This document shows positions 38,329 to 49,421 of a stretch of DNA of 63,563 nt, one piece after another (the stretch's first letter is position 1; each line of letters begins with the position of its first letter). The notes beneath the pieces are model-generated. The model did no database searches. It was not told where the DNA came from and saw only the letters and a program-made list of their open reading frames with translations. The translations under genes and the position numbers were made by a program. The stretch comes from an uncultured Clostridia bacterium (GTDB taxonomy: Bacteria > Bacillota > Clostridia > TANB77 > CAG-508), in NCBI GenBank assembly GCA_934133175.1, contig CAKPAX010000006.1, positions 1 to 63,563 of the forward strand, written 5' to 3'.

Positions 38329-38460
38329 AGTTAATATATATTATTTTTCAAATGCCGCGTAGCGAACAACCGGAGCGTAAGCGAAGGGCGAATGGAGCAG
38401 CCTTCCCGAGGGATTCCGAGGACTGCGACAACAAGGCATAAAAAATAATATATATTAACT
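38329..38460. repeat. G+C-rich 82-nt conserved core (38355..38436) at the apex of an A+T hairpin, copy 2
   Basis: Same orientation as copy 1. 20-bp perfect stem 38329..38348 / 38441..38460 plus a 5-bp closing helix ATGCC/GGCAT. Confidence 0.85.
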
Positions 38461-38464
38461 AGTA

Positions 38465-38512
38465 TATAATAAAAAAGCACATAATATGATTTTTAACATC
38501 AATATTATATGC
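38465..38512 (-). terminator. rho-independent terminator of uvrA
   Basis: Minus strand: GCATATAATATTGAT gttaaaa ATCATATTATGTGC followed by TTTTTTATT. Confidence 0.7.
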
Positions 38513-38529
38513 TTTAATCTATTTAAAAA

Positions 38530-41367
38530 TTACTGTTCTAAATATTTTTTTAAAAACTTACCAGTATAACTTCTTTCATTTTTACAAATTTGTTCAGGAG
38601 TTCCTATAGCAACTACCTCTCCTCCATTGTCTCCACCTTCTGGTCCTAAATCTATTATATAATCTGCTGTTTTTATTAAATCTAAATTATGTTCTATAAC
38701 TATAATTGTGTTTCCTGTATCGACTAATCTTTGTAATATATCAATTAATTTATGAACATCTGCAATATGAAGTCCAGTAGTTGGTTCATCCAAAATATAT
38801 AAAGTCTTTCCTGTAGCTCTTTTCGATAATTCTGTAGCTAGTTTTACTCTTTGAGCTTCTCCTCCTGATAAAGTTGTTGAAGGTTGTCCTAATTTTATAT
38901 ACCCTAATCCTACGTCATTTAAAGTTTGAATTTTATTTTTTATTTTAGGAATTTTATCAAAAAATTCTAATGCTTCTTCAACTGTCATATCTAAAACATC
39001 TGCAATATTTTTTCCTTTATATTTTACTTCTAGTGTTTCATGATTATATCTTTTTCCTTTACATACTTCACAAGGTACATATATATCTGGCAAAAAATGC
39101 ATTTCTATTTTATGGACTCCATCACCATTACAAGATTCACATCTTCCCCCTGCAACATTAAAACTAAATCTTCCCTTTGAATATCCTCTAAGTTTTGCTT
39201 CATTTGTTTCGGCAAATATATCTCTTATTAAATCAAATACTCCAGTATAAGTTGCTGGATTTGAACGAGGAGTTCTTCCTATTGGTGATTGATCTATATT
39301 TATAATTTTATCAATATTTGATATTCCTTTTATTTCACTGCACTTTCCTGGCTTTTCATTTGAACCATTTAATTCTTTTGCAATTGTTTTATATAGTATT
39401 TCATTTACTAAAGTACTTTTTCCTGATCCAGATACTCCTGTAACACAATTAAATACGCCTAAAGGGAATTTTACAGATATATTTTTTAAGTTGTTTTCTG
39501 TTGCTTTACATACTTCAATACATTTATTTTTTAAAGGTTTTCTCCTTGTTTTTGGAACTGATATTTTTCTTCTTCCACTTAAATAATCGCCTGTAACAGA
39601 ATTTGGTGAAAGTTTAATTTCTTCTGCAGTTCCTTGTGCCATTACATTTCCACCATGCACACCAGCCCCTGGCCCTATATCTATAATTTGATCTGCTGCA
39701 TACATAGTATCTTCATCATGTTCTACAACAATTAAAGTATTTCCTAAATCTCTTAATTTTTTTAAAGTTGCTAATAATTTATCATTATCTCTTTGGTGTA
39801 ATCCAATACTTGGTTCATCTAAAATATATAAAACTCCTGTTAATCCAGAACCAATTTGAGTTGCCAAACGAATTCTTTGAGCTTCTCCTCCTGATAATGT
39901 TCCTGCACTTCTTGATAATGTTAAATATTCTAATCCAACATCAATTAAGAATTGTAATCTTTGATCTATTTCTTTTAAAATTAATTCAGATATCATTTTT
40001 TCTGTTTTATTTAATTTTAAATTTCTTAAAAATTCTTGCATTTTTCTAACAGACATATCTGTTAGTTCATTTATATTTACATCATTTATTTTTATAGAAA
40101 GTATTTCTTTTTTTAACCTTGCTCCATTACATGTTGGACAATGAGAATTACTCATATACATTTCATAAAAATCTCTCATACCTTGGGATTTAGTTTCATT
40201 ATGTCTTCTATCTAATGTAGGAAGCACCCCTTCAAATGGTGCTGTAAATTTTCTTATTCCAGCAGGTGATTCGTATTCAAAGTCTATTTTTTCATCACCT
40301 GTACCATATAATATTTTTTCCATAAAGTCTCTAGGTAATTTTTTAATAGGTTTACTAATATCTACTCCATAATGTCTTCCTATGCTTTCAAAATACATTT
40401 TGGCCATTGTTTCGCCCTTTTTCATTGTACTAGATCCAAAAGCTTTTACACCATCATATAATGTTTTATTTTTATCAGGTATTATTAAATCTTCATCCAT
40501 TTTCATTAAATAACCTATTCCTGTACATTCTGGACAAGCTCCAAATGGATTGTTAAAAGAAAACATTCTAGGTGTTAATTCCGGAAAACTAAACCCACAA
40601 TTAGGGCAAGCATAATTACAACTATATAATATTGGTTCTTTTCCTTGAACATCTATTAAAACTAATTTATCTGCATATTTTAAAGATAATTCCACGGATT
40701 CTGTTAGTCTGCTTCTTATTTCTGGTTTAATAACTAATCTGTCTACAACTAATTCTATATCATGTTTCTTTTTTCTATCTAGTTCTATATCATCAGAAAG
40801 TTCATATATTTGTCCATCAATTCTAACTCTTACAAAACCTTCTTTTTGATATTCTTCTAATTGTTTTTTATATTCTCCCTTTTTTCCTCTAACTACTGGT
40901 GCTAAAACTTGTATTTTTGTACCTTCTTCTAATTTTAAAACATTATCTACTATTTGATCTAATGTTTGTTTTTCTATTTTTTTATGACAATTTGGGCAAT
41001 ATGGTACACCTATTCTTGCATATAAAAGTCTTATATAATCATATATTTCTGTAACTGTTCCAACAGTTGAACGAGGATTTTTTGAAGTTGTTTTTTGATC
41101 AATTGAAATTGCAGGTGATAAACCTTCAATTGACTCTACATCTGGTTTTTCCATTAAACCTAAAAATTGTCTTGCATATGAAGATAAACTTTCTACATAT
41201 CTTCTTTGCCCTTCAGCATATAAAGTGTCAAAGGCTAATGAAGATTTTCCTGAACCAGAAAGACCTGTAATTACAACTAATTTATCTCTAGGAATTTCTA
41301 TATTTATATTTTTTAAATTGTGTTCCTTTGCACCTTTTATTATTATTTTGTCATTCATATTTTTCAC
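38530..41367 (-). CDS. uvrA: excinuclease ABC subunit A
   Basis: Two ABC modules ([14 protein letters not shown]; [13 protein letters not shown]; LSGGEAQR twice) and Cys4 zinc modules (CPNC...CPEC; CESC...CEVC). Confidence 0.98.
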   Translation of the reverse strand: MKNMNDKIIIKGAKEHNLKNINIEIPRDKLVVITGLSGSGKSSLAFDTLYAEGQRRYVESLSSYARQFLGLMEKPDVESIEGLSPAISIDQKTTSKNPRSTVGTVTEIYDYIRLLYARIGVPYCPNCHKKIEKQTLDQIVDNVLKLEEGTKIQVLAPVVRGKKGEYKKQLEEYQKEGFVRVRIDGQIYELSDDIELDRKKKHDIELVVDRLVIKPEIRSRLTESVELSLKYADKLVLIDVQGKEPILYSCNYACPNCGFSFPELTPRMFSFNNPFGACPECTGIGYLMKMDEDLIIPDKNKTLYDGVKAFGSSTMKKGETMAKMYFESIGRHYGVDISKPIKKLPRDFMEKILYGTGDEKIDFEYESPAGIRKFTAPFEGVLPTLDRRHNETKSQGMRDFYEMYMSNSHCPTCNGARLKKEILSIKINDVNINELTDMSVRKMQEFLRNLKLNKTEKMISELILKEIDQRLQFLIDVGLEYLTLSRSAGTLSGGEAQRIRLATQIGSGLTGVLYILDEPSIGLHQRDNDKLLATLKKLRDLGNTLIVVEHDEDTMYAADQIIDIGPGAGVHGGNVMAQGTAEEIKLSPNSVTGDYLSGRRKISVPKTRRKPLKNKCIEVCKATENNLKNISVKFPLGVFNCVTGVSGSGKSTLVNEILYKTIAKELNGSNEKPGKCSEIKGISNIDKIINIDQSPIGRTPRSNPATYTGVFDLIRDIFAETNEAKLRGYSKGRFSFNVAGGRCESCNGDGVHKIEMHFLPDIYVPCEVCKGKRYNHETLEVKYKGKNIADVLDMTVEEALEFFDKIPKIKNKIQTLNDVGLGYIKLGQPSTTLSGGEAQRVKLATELSKRATGKTLYILDEPTTGLHIADVHKLIDILQRLVDTGNTIIVIEHNLDLIKTADYIIDLGPEGGDNGGEVVAIGTPEQICKNERSYTGKFLKKYLEQ

Positions 41368-41382
41368 CCCTACTGATTGTTA

Positions 41383-41422
41383 ATTATACTATATTTATTT
41401 ATACAAAACAAGAGTTTGTATA
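41383..41422 (-). promoter_or_regulatory. uvrA promoter region with palindrome TATACAAA-N7-TTTGTATA (possible SOS-type operator)
   Basis: Palindrome at 41400..41422 contains AAAC-AAGA-GTTT (a relaxed GAAC-N4-GTTC). TATAAT on the minus strand at 41383..41388. Confidence 0.3.
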
Positions 41423-41467
41423 AATATTTTTTAATAACATTTAATTAAATTATAAAAACTAAGTTTT

Positions 41468-41506
41468 ATACAAAAAGAGGTAGTTATATAAAATATAACC
41501 ACCTCT
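41468..41506 (-). terminator. rho-independent terminator
   Basis: AGAGGTAGTTATAT / ATATAACCACCTCT (one mismatch), followed by TTTTTG on the minus strand. Confidence 0.6.
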
Positions 41507-41530
41507 GCACACACTAAATTTAATGTGTAT

Positions 41531-42031
41531 TTAATATGGAAAAACTCTTTTCAGGAGAATTTTACCTCTTCTCCTAATTAATTTTCTATTTGCAATAATC
41601 ATTATCGTTCCAAAAACAAAACATGTATTTATTGCTAAAAACATTACATAGATACCTATTGCAAATTTATAAAACTGCTCATAATAGATATCCTTGAATA
41701 TATATTTTAAATACCATACATATTCACCATTGTTCTTTATAACTTGAGTAAGTTCTTGGATTTCCCCTGCCTTTTTAGAACTTATGTTTACACAATACTC
41801 ACTTTCCTTATTATCATAATTAATACTAATATTATATATTTTAGTATCAACGCCAGATAATACAATCTTATCATCTTTTACCCTTACACTAGATGATAAA
41901 ATATTTCTGAGCTCATCATTTTGTTCTTCAAAGCTCCGGGCTCCTTTAAAAAATACAAATGTAACTCCAAGTGTTACTAATGCTGTAAGAAAAATGATTA
42001 CAGCAATTATCTTTTTGTTTCTTTTTCCCAT
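41531..42031 (-). CDS. hypothetical membrane protein (N- and C-terminal TM segments)
   Basis: IIAVIIFLTALVTLGVTFVFF and FAIGIYVMFLAINTCFVFGTIMII. No motif. Confidence 0.5.
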   Translation of the reverse strand: MGKRNKKIIAVIIFLTALVTLGVTFVFFKGARSFEEQNDELRNILSSSVRVKDDKIVLSGVDTKIYNISINYDNKESEYCVNISSKKAGEIQELTQVIKNNGEYVWYLKYIFKDIYYEQFYKFAIGIYVMFLAINTCFVFGTIMIIANRKLIRRRGKILLKRVFPY

Positions 42032-42175
42032 ATTTTCTCTCCTTATTTATTCTTTTATCTTCATGTTACTATATCATAAACTCCTTTTTATAAGGAGATA
42101 ATAAAATCTTTATGTTAACAATTATAACATATAAATTAATTTTTGACAAGTATATAGATTTTATAGAATAACTTA

Positions 42176-42697
42176 TTAATGTTGTATTGTTTGCATATAT
42201 GGTATTCCAACTACAGTCACATTATCATCTACATCTTTTAAAACTACTGCATTTGCTCCAACTTTTACATTATTTCCAATTTTAATAGGTCCTAATATTT
42301 TAGCTCCTGCTCCAACCATTACATTGTTTCCTAAGTCTGGGTGTCTTTTATATTTGTCTTTTCCTGTTCCGCCAAGTGTTGCATTATGATAAATCGTACA
42401 ATCATTTCCTATTACACTAGTTTCACCTATTACAATTCCCATCCCATGATCTATAAATAATCTTCTTCCTATGGTTGCACCTGGATGTATTTCTATTCCA
42501 GTAAACCATCTTCCTATTTGAGATATTAGTCTAGCTAAAAAGAATATTTTATTTTTATATAAAAAATGTGCTAATCTATAAAATACTAATATATGAAAAC
42601 CAGGATATAAAATAATTACTTCTAGAATATTTCTAGAAGCGGGATCTTTTTGTTTTATATTTTTAGCATCTTCATATAATTCTTTAAATATTTTCAT
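42176..42697 (-). CDS. cysE: serine O-acetyltransferase
   Basis: [44 protein letters not shown] hexapeptide repeats. The ATG at 42697 follows AGGTGA (the track start is a GTG inside the RBS). Confidence 0.9.
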   Translation of the reverse strand: MKIFKELYEDAKNIKQKDPASRNILEVIILYPGFHILVFYRLAHFLYKNKIFFLARLISQIGRWFTGIEIHPGATIGRRLFIDHGMGIVIGETSVIGNDCTIYHNATLGGTGKDKYKRHPDLGNNVMVGAGAKILGPIKIGNNVKVGANAVVLKDVDDNVTVVGIPYMQTIQH

Positions 42698-42883
42698 ACA
42701 AATCACCTATTATATTCTATGATTTTATTTATAGATTTGATATTTTTATAATATATGTAAAAATAAATTTTATGACTAAATTAGCTTGTTTTATAAATAA
42801 AAAGTACTATTTATTAAAAATATAAATATACTAATAAAGTAATTTTTTATTTAGTTTACTGTATTACTTAATGGAGGTTATTA

Positions 42884-43060
42884 ATGGGAACAATTAAATA
42901 TTTATACAGCAAAGTAATGTCAGCAACACACAATAAGGTTAAACTTATTGCTGATAAAGAAGAGTTGTTGTTTTTAAAACAGCATCACATCAATCACACA
43001 ATTGATGAAAATAACTATATTGTTATTGATAAAAACGATTTTTTAGAAAAAGTAGCTTAA
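42884..43060 (+). CDS. 58-aa hypothetical small protein
   Basis: RBS GGAGGT 7 nt upstream. Encodes MGTIKYLYSKVMSATHNKVKLIADKEELLFLKQHHINHTIDENNYIVIDKNDFLEKVA. Followed by a terminator. Below the ORF-track cut-off. Confidence 0.45.
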   Translation: MGTIKYLYSKVMSATHNKVKLIADKEELLFLKQHHINHTIDENNYIVIDKNDFLEKVA

Positions 43061-43091
43061 AGTTTTATTAAACAAAGTTAATACAGTAAAC

Positions 43092-43124
43092 AAAAAAGTC
43101 CTTGGTTTTTTCAAGGGCTTTTTC
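43092..43124. terminator. bidirectional terminator (uvrB / small plus-strand ORF)
   Basis: AAAAAGTCCTTG gttttttc CAAGGGCTTTTT. Confidence 0.7.
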
Positions 43125-43137
43125 ATATCTCATAATA

Positions 43138-45093
43138 TTACATTAATTTTTCTAATTCTTTAATTTTATCTCTTATTTCTGCTGCCTTTTCAAATTCCAT
43201 ATCAGCTGCAAATTTTAACATTTCATCAGTTAATTTTGTTATTATGTCTTTTATATCTTCATTTTTTTCTAATTTATACTCTACACTTATATCTTCAACC
43301 ATAGTAGCCTTTATTGTATCTCTAATAGATTTTTGTATTGTTTTTGGAGTTATTCCATGTTCATTATTATATTCTTCTTGTATTTTTCTTCTTCTATTTG
43401 TCTCTTTTATTGCTTTTTCCATAGAATCTGTAAGTTCATCTGCATACATTATTACTGTTCCTTCTGTGTTTCTTGCTGCACGTCCTATAGTTTGAATTAA
43501 TGATCTTTCAGAACGTAAAAATCCTTCTTTATCAGAATCTAATATTGCAACTAAAGATACTTCAGGTATATCAAGACCTTCTCTTAAAAGGTTTATTCCT
43601 ACTAATACATCAAATTCTCCAAGCCTCAAATTTCGAATTATTTCCATTCTTTCTAATGCTTTTATATCTGAATGCATATAATTTACTTTTATATCTAAAC
43701 TTTTTAAATATGAGGTCAAATCTTCTGCCATTTTTTTAGTCAATGTTGTAACTAATACTCTTTCTTTTTTTTCTATCCTTATTCTAATTTCTTCTAATAA
43801 ATCATCTATTTGGTTTGTTGCCGGTTTTACTATAATTTTAGGATCAAGAAGTCCAGTAGGCCTTATAATTTGTTCTACAACATTATTTTTAGAATGTTCC
43901 TTTTCATACTCAGCAGGTGTCGCACTAACAAATACAACCTGATTTAATCTTTCTTCAAACTCATTAAATTTTAAAGGTCTATTATCATATGCTGATGGTA
44001 ATCTAAAACCATAATTTACAAGAGAATCTTTTCTTGATTTGTCGCCATTATACATTGCTCTAACTTGTGGGATTGTTGCATGTGATTCATCAACTAGTAA
44101 CAAGAAATCTTTTGGAAAGTAATCAAATAATGTAAATGGAGGACTACCTGGTTTTCTCCCACTTATATGTCTAGAATAATTCTCTATTCCTTGGCAGAAT
44201 CCTGTTTCCTTCATCATTTCTATATCAAAATTAGTTCTTTCTTGTATTCTTTGCGCTTCTATTAATTTATTTTGACTTTTAAAATATTCTACTCTTTCAT
44301 CTAGTTCTTCTTCTATTGTTTTTATTGCATGTTCCATTTTATCCTGTGTTGTTACATAATGAGAATTAGGAAATATCATAACATGATTTCTTGTTGCTAT
44401 ATTTTTTCCTGTTAATGGATTTATTTCTGTTACTTTTTCTATTTCGTCTCCCCAAAATTCTACTCTTATAGCAGATTCACTTTGATCTGATGGATATATT
44501 TCTACAATATCACCTTTTGCTCTAAAAGTTCCTCTTTTAAAGTCAATTTCATTTCTTGTATATTGCATTGTTACTAATTTCTTTAATACTTCATCTCTTG
44601 ATTTTTGCATTCCTGGTCTTAAAGATATTATCATATTTTCATAATCTATTGGGTCACCAAGTCCATATATACAAGACACAGATGCAACTATTATAACATC
44701 TCTTGTTTCAAATAATGATGCTGTTGCAGAATGACGCAATTTGTCTATTTCATCATTTATTGATGCATCCTTTTCTATATATGTATCAGAAGCGGCAATA
44801 TAACTTTCTGGTTGATAATAATCATAGTAAGATACAAAATATTCAACATGGTTTTCTGGAAAAAACTCTTTAAATTCTGAATACAATTGACCTGCCAATG
44901 TTTTATTATGAGCTAATACTAATGTAGGTTTTTGTACTTTTTGTATTATATTTGCCATTGTAAATGTTTTTCCAGAACCTGTTACACCTAAAAGTGTTTG
45001 AAATTTCTTTCCTTGTTCTATTCCATTTGATAAATATTCAATTGCTTTTGGTTGATCCCCTGTTGGTTCATATGGTGAATGTAGTTTAAACAT
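43138..45093 (-). CDS. uvrB: excinuclease ABC subunit B
   Basis: [24 protein letters not shown], helicase C motifs, and the C-terminal UVR domain ([17 protein letters not shown]). Confidence 0.98.
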   Translation of the reverse strand: MFKLHSPYEPTGDQPKAIEYLSNGIEQGKKFQTLLGVTGSGKTFTMANIIQKVQKPTLVLAHNKTLAGQLYSEFKEFFPENHVEYFVSYYDYYQPESYIAASDTYIEKDASINDEIDKLRHSATASLFETRDVIIVASVSCIYGLGDPIDYENMIISLRPGMQKSRDEVLKKLVTMQYTRNEIDFKRGTFRAKGDIVEIYPSDQSESAIRVEFWGDEIEKVTEINPLTGKNIATRNHVMIFPNSHYVTTQDKMEHAIKTIEEELDERVEYFKSQNKLIEAQRIQERTNFDIEMMKETGFCQGIENYSRHISGRKPGSPPFTLFDYFPKDFLLLVDESHATIPQVRAMYNGDKSRKDSLVNYGFRLPSAYDNRPLKFNEFEERLNQVVFVSATPAEYEKEHSKNNVVEQIIRPTGLLDPKIIVKPATNQIDDLLEEIRIRIEKKERVLVTTLTKKMAEDLTSYLKSLDIKVNYMHSDIKALERMEIIRNLRLGEFDVLVGINLLREGLDIPEVSLVAILDSDKEGFLRSERSLIQTIGRAARNTEGTVIMYADELTDSMEKAIKETNRRRKIQEEYNNEHGITPKTIQKSIRDTIKATMVEDISVEYKLEKNEDIKDIITKLTDEMLKFAADMEFEKAAEIRDKIKELEKLM

Positions 45094-45105
45094 ATTACCT
45101 CCAAT

Positions 45106-47490
45106 TTATTTTAAATATTCTTTTAAAAATTCACAATTTTTATAATCTTTGTCATTTTTTATAATATCTAAAAGTTCTTCAATCATATCCTTTGTAATTT
45201 TACTATTTTTCTTTTCATAAAACTTTTTTAATGGTTTTTGCATATCCATCATTACTTTTGTAGCTTTATTAGTATTCTGTTTCTTGAACAAATTATTCAT
45301 TTTTTCTATTTGATTTTTATATATAATTTTACCTACTTTTGTATCTTTTATCTGTTCTAGTGTATTTTCATCTGTAACATTTTCTATATTCAAATGCTTC
45401 TCTGGTAATTTATATCCTAATAATCGCTCAAAATCTTCATCAGAAATATTCTGAATATTTCCATCATAATATTTTTGAGGATATCTTTTAGATATTTTTT
45501 TATCCCTAGAATTTATATATATTTCTTGCTTTAAAACAATATCTCTACTAGATTTCCCTATTTGTATTTGATATGTTCCTTCTTCAATTTTCCAAGATTT
45601 TGTTTCCGTATTATAGTACTCAAATGATTTCCTATTTAGTTTAATAGCAATTTCTTTTTCTTCATTTGGACTTAACTCTATTTTAACAAATTCTTTTAAT
45701 TCTTTATTAGGTTTATATATTTTAGGTTCTATTTGACTTATATATATTTGTGCTATTTCTTTTCCAGTTACTTTACCAATATTTTTAATTTTAAATTTTA
45801 CTTCTATTTTATCATCATATTTATTAACTTTTAAATTAGAATACTGAAATTGAGTATAACTTAATCCAAATCCAAATGGAAATAAAACTTCTTTATTTAC
45901 TTTATCATAATATCTATATCCAACATATATAGATTCTTTATATTCTGAAATCAATTCTGTACCAGGGTAATAATTATAACATGGTGTATCTGATAAATCT
46001 TTAGGATAAGACTCTGATAACTTTCCACTTGGGTTTACTTTACCAATCAAGCAATTAACAATTGCTCTTCCTCCTGCTTCTCCTCCTAAATAACCGGTAA
46101 TTATTGCTTTTACATCATCCTTCCATGGCATTGCTATTGGTGAACCATTTGATAAAACAACAATTACATTATTATTCACTTTACATATTTCTTGAATCAA
46201 CTTATTTTGATTTATAGGAATATCAATGTTTTTTCTGTCTATTCCTTCAGATTCATAATTTTCTGTAAGTCCTGCAAAGACAATAACTATTTCATTTTTT
46301 TCGGCAATTTTTATTGCTTCTTCTAATAATTTTTTATCATTTTTTAAATCAATTCTTTCATACCCTTTAGCATATTCAAATTTTATATTATTTTCTAAAA
46401 AAGTATCAAGTGCATTTTCTATTTTATATGGGTTTATTGTTGAACTTCCAGACCCTTGATACCTAGGTGACTTAGCCATATCACCTATTATAGCTATATT
46501 TTTATTTAGCTTTAATGGTAATATATTATCTTTATTTTTTAATAATACTATTGAATCTTCGGCAATTTTTAAAGCAATATTATGATGTTTTTCTTTATTA
46601 TACTCTTTCAATTCTTTATTTTTTCTTTTGCATTTTTTGGCAGTCTCTATTATTCTATCTACAACCTTATTTAGCTCATCCTCACTTATTTTCCTGTTTC
46701 TTACTGCTTCAACTATTTCATTTACTCCATTACCTCTTCCACCAGGCATTTCCAATTCGTGTGTAGCCTTTAACCCTTTTACTCTATCATTTTCTGCTCC
46801 CCAATCAGAAATAACAATTCCATTATAGTTCCATTCTTTTCTTAGTATTTCTTTTAAAAGATGCTTGTTTTCTGTACAGTATTCTCCATTTACCTTGTTA
46901 TATGCACTCATTATTGCCCATGGATTCGAATTTTTTAAAATAATTTCGAATGGTTTTAAATATATTTCTCTTAAAGTTCTTTCATCAATTATAGCATTTA
47001 TTGTTCTTCTTCTATCTTCTTGGTTATTAACTGCAAAATGTTTAACACAAGCTCCTACATTTTGACTTTGTAATCCTTTTACATATTCACTTCCAATTAT
47101 TCCAGCTAAAAATGGATCTTCTGATATATATTCAAAATTCCTACCACATAATGGGCTTCTTTTAATATTTACAGCCGGACCTAATACAATATTAACCTTT
47201 TCTTCTTTTGCTTCTTCTCCAAGTGTTTTTCCTAATAAATATGCTAATTCTTTATTCCAACTGTTTCCTATAGTAGATAATGCAGGAAAACATATAGAAA
47301 TTTCACTTTCATTTATACCTAAATTATCTACCGATTCTCTTTGAACTCTTAATCCATGTGGACCATCAGACATTTTTATATTAGGGATATCAAATCTTTC
47401 TATTTTTTTGCTATTCCAATAATCTTCTCCTACACATAAAGAAGCTTTTTCTTCTATAGACATTTCATTTATAATATTACTATTTATCAT
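45106..47490 (-). CDS. glycoside hydrolase family 3 (beta-glucosidase-like) with C-terminal Fn3-like domain
   Basis: MSDGPHGLR, KHFAVNNQE, GIVISDWGA (nucleophile Asp), and the Fn3-like segment KFKIKNIGKVTGKEIAQIY. Confidence 0.9.
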   Translation of the reverse strand: MINSNIINEMSIEEKASLCVGEDYWNSKKIERFDIPNIKMSDGPHGLRVQRESVDNLGINESEISICFPALSTIGNSWNKELAYLLGKTLGEEAKEEKVNIVLGPAVNIKRSPLCGRNFEYISEDPFLAGIIGSEYVKGLQSQNVGACVKHFAVNNQEDRRRTINAIIDERTLREIYLKPFEIILKNSNPWAIMSAYNKVNGEYCTENKHLLKEILRKEWNYNGIVISDWGAENDRVKGLKATHELEMPGGRGNGVNEIVEAVRNRKISEDELNKVVDRIIETAKKCKRKNKELKEYNKEKHHNIALKIAEDSIVLLKNKDNILPLKLNKNIAIIGDMAKSPRYQGSGSSTINPYKIENALDTFLENNIKFEYAKGYERIDLKNDKKLLEEAIKIAEKNEIVIVFAGLTENYESEGIDRKNIDIPINQNKLIQEICKVNNNVIVVLSNGSPIAMPWKDDVKAIITGYLGGEAGGRAIVNCLIGKVNPSGKLSESYPKDLSDTPCYNYYPGTELISEYKESIYVGYRYYDKVNKEVLFPFGFGLSYTQFQYSNLKVNKYDDKIEVKFKIKNIGKVTGKEIAQIYISQIEPKIYKPNKELKEFVKIELSPNEEKEIAIKLNRKSFEYYNTETKSWKIEEGTYQIQIGKSSRDIVLKQEIYINSRDKKISKRYPQKYYDGNIQNISDEDFERLLGYKLPEKHLNIENVTDENTLEQIKDTKVGKIIYKNQIEKMNNLFKKQNTNKATKVMMDMQKPLKKFYEKKNSKITKDMIEELLDIIKNDKDYKNCEFLKEYLK

Positions 47491-47674
47491 TTTTTCTCCA
47501 AATTAATATAAAACTTTATATTTTTATATCACAATTTACAACCTTATTCAACAATATTTGCTATATTTAGCAATTTTATTGACTTTATTGTTACATCATA
47601 ATATAATGAATGAGATAACTTGTAGTTATATTAGATGTTATTAAACATCTATGCGTTTTAAGGAGGTAATAGTT

Positions 47675-48541
47675 ATGTTGTTTTCAATTATTGTTCCTTG
47701 TTTTAATTGTGAAGATTCTATTCGGAGATGTCTTAATAGCATTTTAAGTCAGAGTTTTTCTGATTTTGAAATAATAGCTATTGATGACGGTTCAACAGAT
47801 GGAACTTCCAGTATTTTGGATGAATATGATTCAAAACATGAATTCATACACACTTATCACTTTAGTAACTCAGGTGTTTCTATTTCTAGAAAAAGAGGAG
47901 TAACACTGGCTTCAGGAAAGTATATTATCTTTGTTGATTCAGATGATAGCATTAATCCTGAACTTTTAGTTAATCTTTATTCAACAATCATTTATCAGGG
48001 AGATCCCGATATAATTCGGTATAAAGTACATCTTGTTGATGACGAAGATTACAAAGATCATGAAAGATACAATTTTTCTAATTCTTTGCCAGAAGGGACA
48101 TCAGTTTCTGGAATAGAAGCTCTTAAGGATTGGTCTAAACCAGATAAGAAGTATGCAGTTTATTGGCTTTTTGCCTTTAAGGCAACAGTATTTTCTAATG
48201 TCTTATTTGTAACAAATTTAAGATATTATGAAGACATAGCTCTTATACCTGTTTTAATAGCAGTATCTAAGAGTATAACCACAATTAACTATGTAGGTTA
48301 CAATTATACTTGCAACAATGCAAAAAGTCTTACAAATACTAATAGCATAGAAGCAGAAACCAATCGAGCTAAAGATTTCTATAAGGCTTATTTGTATGCA
48401 GTTGAAAATTTTACAAAACTTGCTAATATTTCTGGTATAGATATTGCATTTTTTGTAGAAGATTACACCATTAGACTTAGGAAAAAGTTTGACTCTCTTC
48501 CTGAAGAATTAAAACCAACATTTGAAAGCTGGTTCAAGTAA
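47675..48541 (+). CDS. family-2 glycosyltransferase
   Basis: FSIIVPCFNCEDSIRRCLNSILSQSFSDFEIIAIDDGSTDGT...FVDSDD. The ATG at 47675 follows AAGGAGG. Confidence 0.88.
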   Translation: MLFSIIVPCFNCEDSIRRCLNSILSQSFSDFEIIAIDDGSTDGTSSILDEYDSKHEFIHTYHFSNSGVSISRKRGVTLASGKYIIFVDSDDSINPELLVNLYSTIIYQGDPDIIRYKVHLVDDEDYKDHERYNFSNSLPEGTSVSGIEALKDWSKPDKKYAVYWLFAFKATVFSNVLFVTNLRYYEDIALIPVLIAVSKSITTINYVGYNYTCNNAKSLTNTNSIEAETNRAKDFYKAYLYAVENFTKLANISGIDIAFFVEDYTIRLRKKFDSLPEELKPTFESWFK

Positions 48542-48545
48542 CGCA

Positions 48546-48596
48546 AAAAAAGCATTTTTAGTTCTTTATTAAGAACTAAAAGTGCTTTTTTATTTT
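48546..48596 (+). terminator. rho-independent terminator
   Basis: AGCATTTTTAGTTCTT tatt AAGAACTAAAAGTGCT followed by TTTTTTATTTTTTT. Confidence 0.75.
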
Positions 48597-48723
48597 TTTA
48601 TATTATAGAAATGTTATTATTATCCATTTTTATTATAATGTATAGTCAATTTATTATTTTTTGCTTGATATATAAGTATAATAATATTATAATTACTTAT
48701 ATTATTTTAAAGGAGGATTTATT

Positions 48724-49383
48724 ATGGAAGGAAACACAAACCAAAACACACTATTATCAAAAACTTTCTTTTGGATGTTTTTAGGCCTTTTAGGTACTGG
48801 AATAATTGCATGGTACACTTATGCATCAAATTTATATATTGATATAATTACTTCAAATGGCTTTGCTATAGTATGTATATTAGAACTTGTAGTAGTTTTA
48901 TTATTTTCTTTATTTTTTAGAAAACTACCACCAACTATTGTAGGAATACTGTATTTTGTATATTCAATGATAAATGGTGTTACTTTATCTACTATTTTTG
49001 CATTATATGAACTAAATTCAATAGTTATATTATTTATTATTTCAGCTTTAATATTTGCAGCTCTAGCCTATTATGGACGTAATACAAAAAATGATTTAAG
49101 TAGTTGGAGTACCATATTATTTGCAGGATTAATTGCAGGTATAATTTTAAGTATTATAAATTTGTTTCTAGGTAATTCTATATTAGATATAATTATTGAC
49201 TGGGCAATGCTTATTGTATTCTTTGGATTCACTGCATATGATATGAACAAAATTAAAGCTTTTGAACTAGAATCAGACTTAGATCAAGATAAACTTCACA
49301 TTTATTGTGCTATGCAATTATATCTTGACTTTATAAACTTATTTATAAGAATTTTAAGTATTTTCGGGAAAAGAAGAAACTAA
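48724..49383 (+). CDS. Bax-inhibitor-1 / YccA-family membrane protein
   Basis: 219 aa, 7 TM segments, typical length and charged C-terminal tail (FGKRRN). RBS AAAGGAGG. Confidence 0.8.
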   Translation: MEGNTNQNTLLSKTFFWMFLGLLGTGIIAWYTYASNLYIDIITSNGFAIVCILELVVVLLFSLFFRKLPPTIVGILYFVYSMINGVTLSTIFALYELNSIVILFIISALIFAALAYYGRNTKNDLSSWSTILFAGLIAGIILSIINLFLGNSILDIIIDWAMLIVFFGFTAYDMNKIKAFELESDLDQDKLHIYCAMQLYLDFINLFIRILSIFGKRRN

Positions 49384-49385
49384 AT

Positions 49386-49418
49386 AAAAAAAAAACAGGT
49401 ATATACCTGTTTTTTTAT
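49386..49418. terminator. bidirectional terminator
   Basis: AAAAAAAACAGGTATATACCTGTTTTTTT between convergent genes. Confidence 0.8.
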
Positions 49419-49421
49419 TTA

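Noticed and set aside
42707-43137. Looked for a T-box or other leader upstream of cysE.
   Set aside because: The space is occupied by a divergent small ORF with its own RBS and terminator. There is no T-box consensus (…GGGTGGTACCGCG…) on the minus strand.
45270-45300. GAACAAATTATTC near the end of the GH3 gene as a possible LexA box for uvrB.
   Set aside because: The half-site spacing and second half-site do not fit GAAC-N4-GTTC on either strand.
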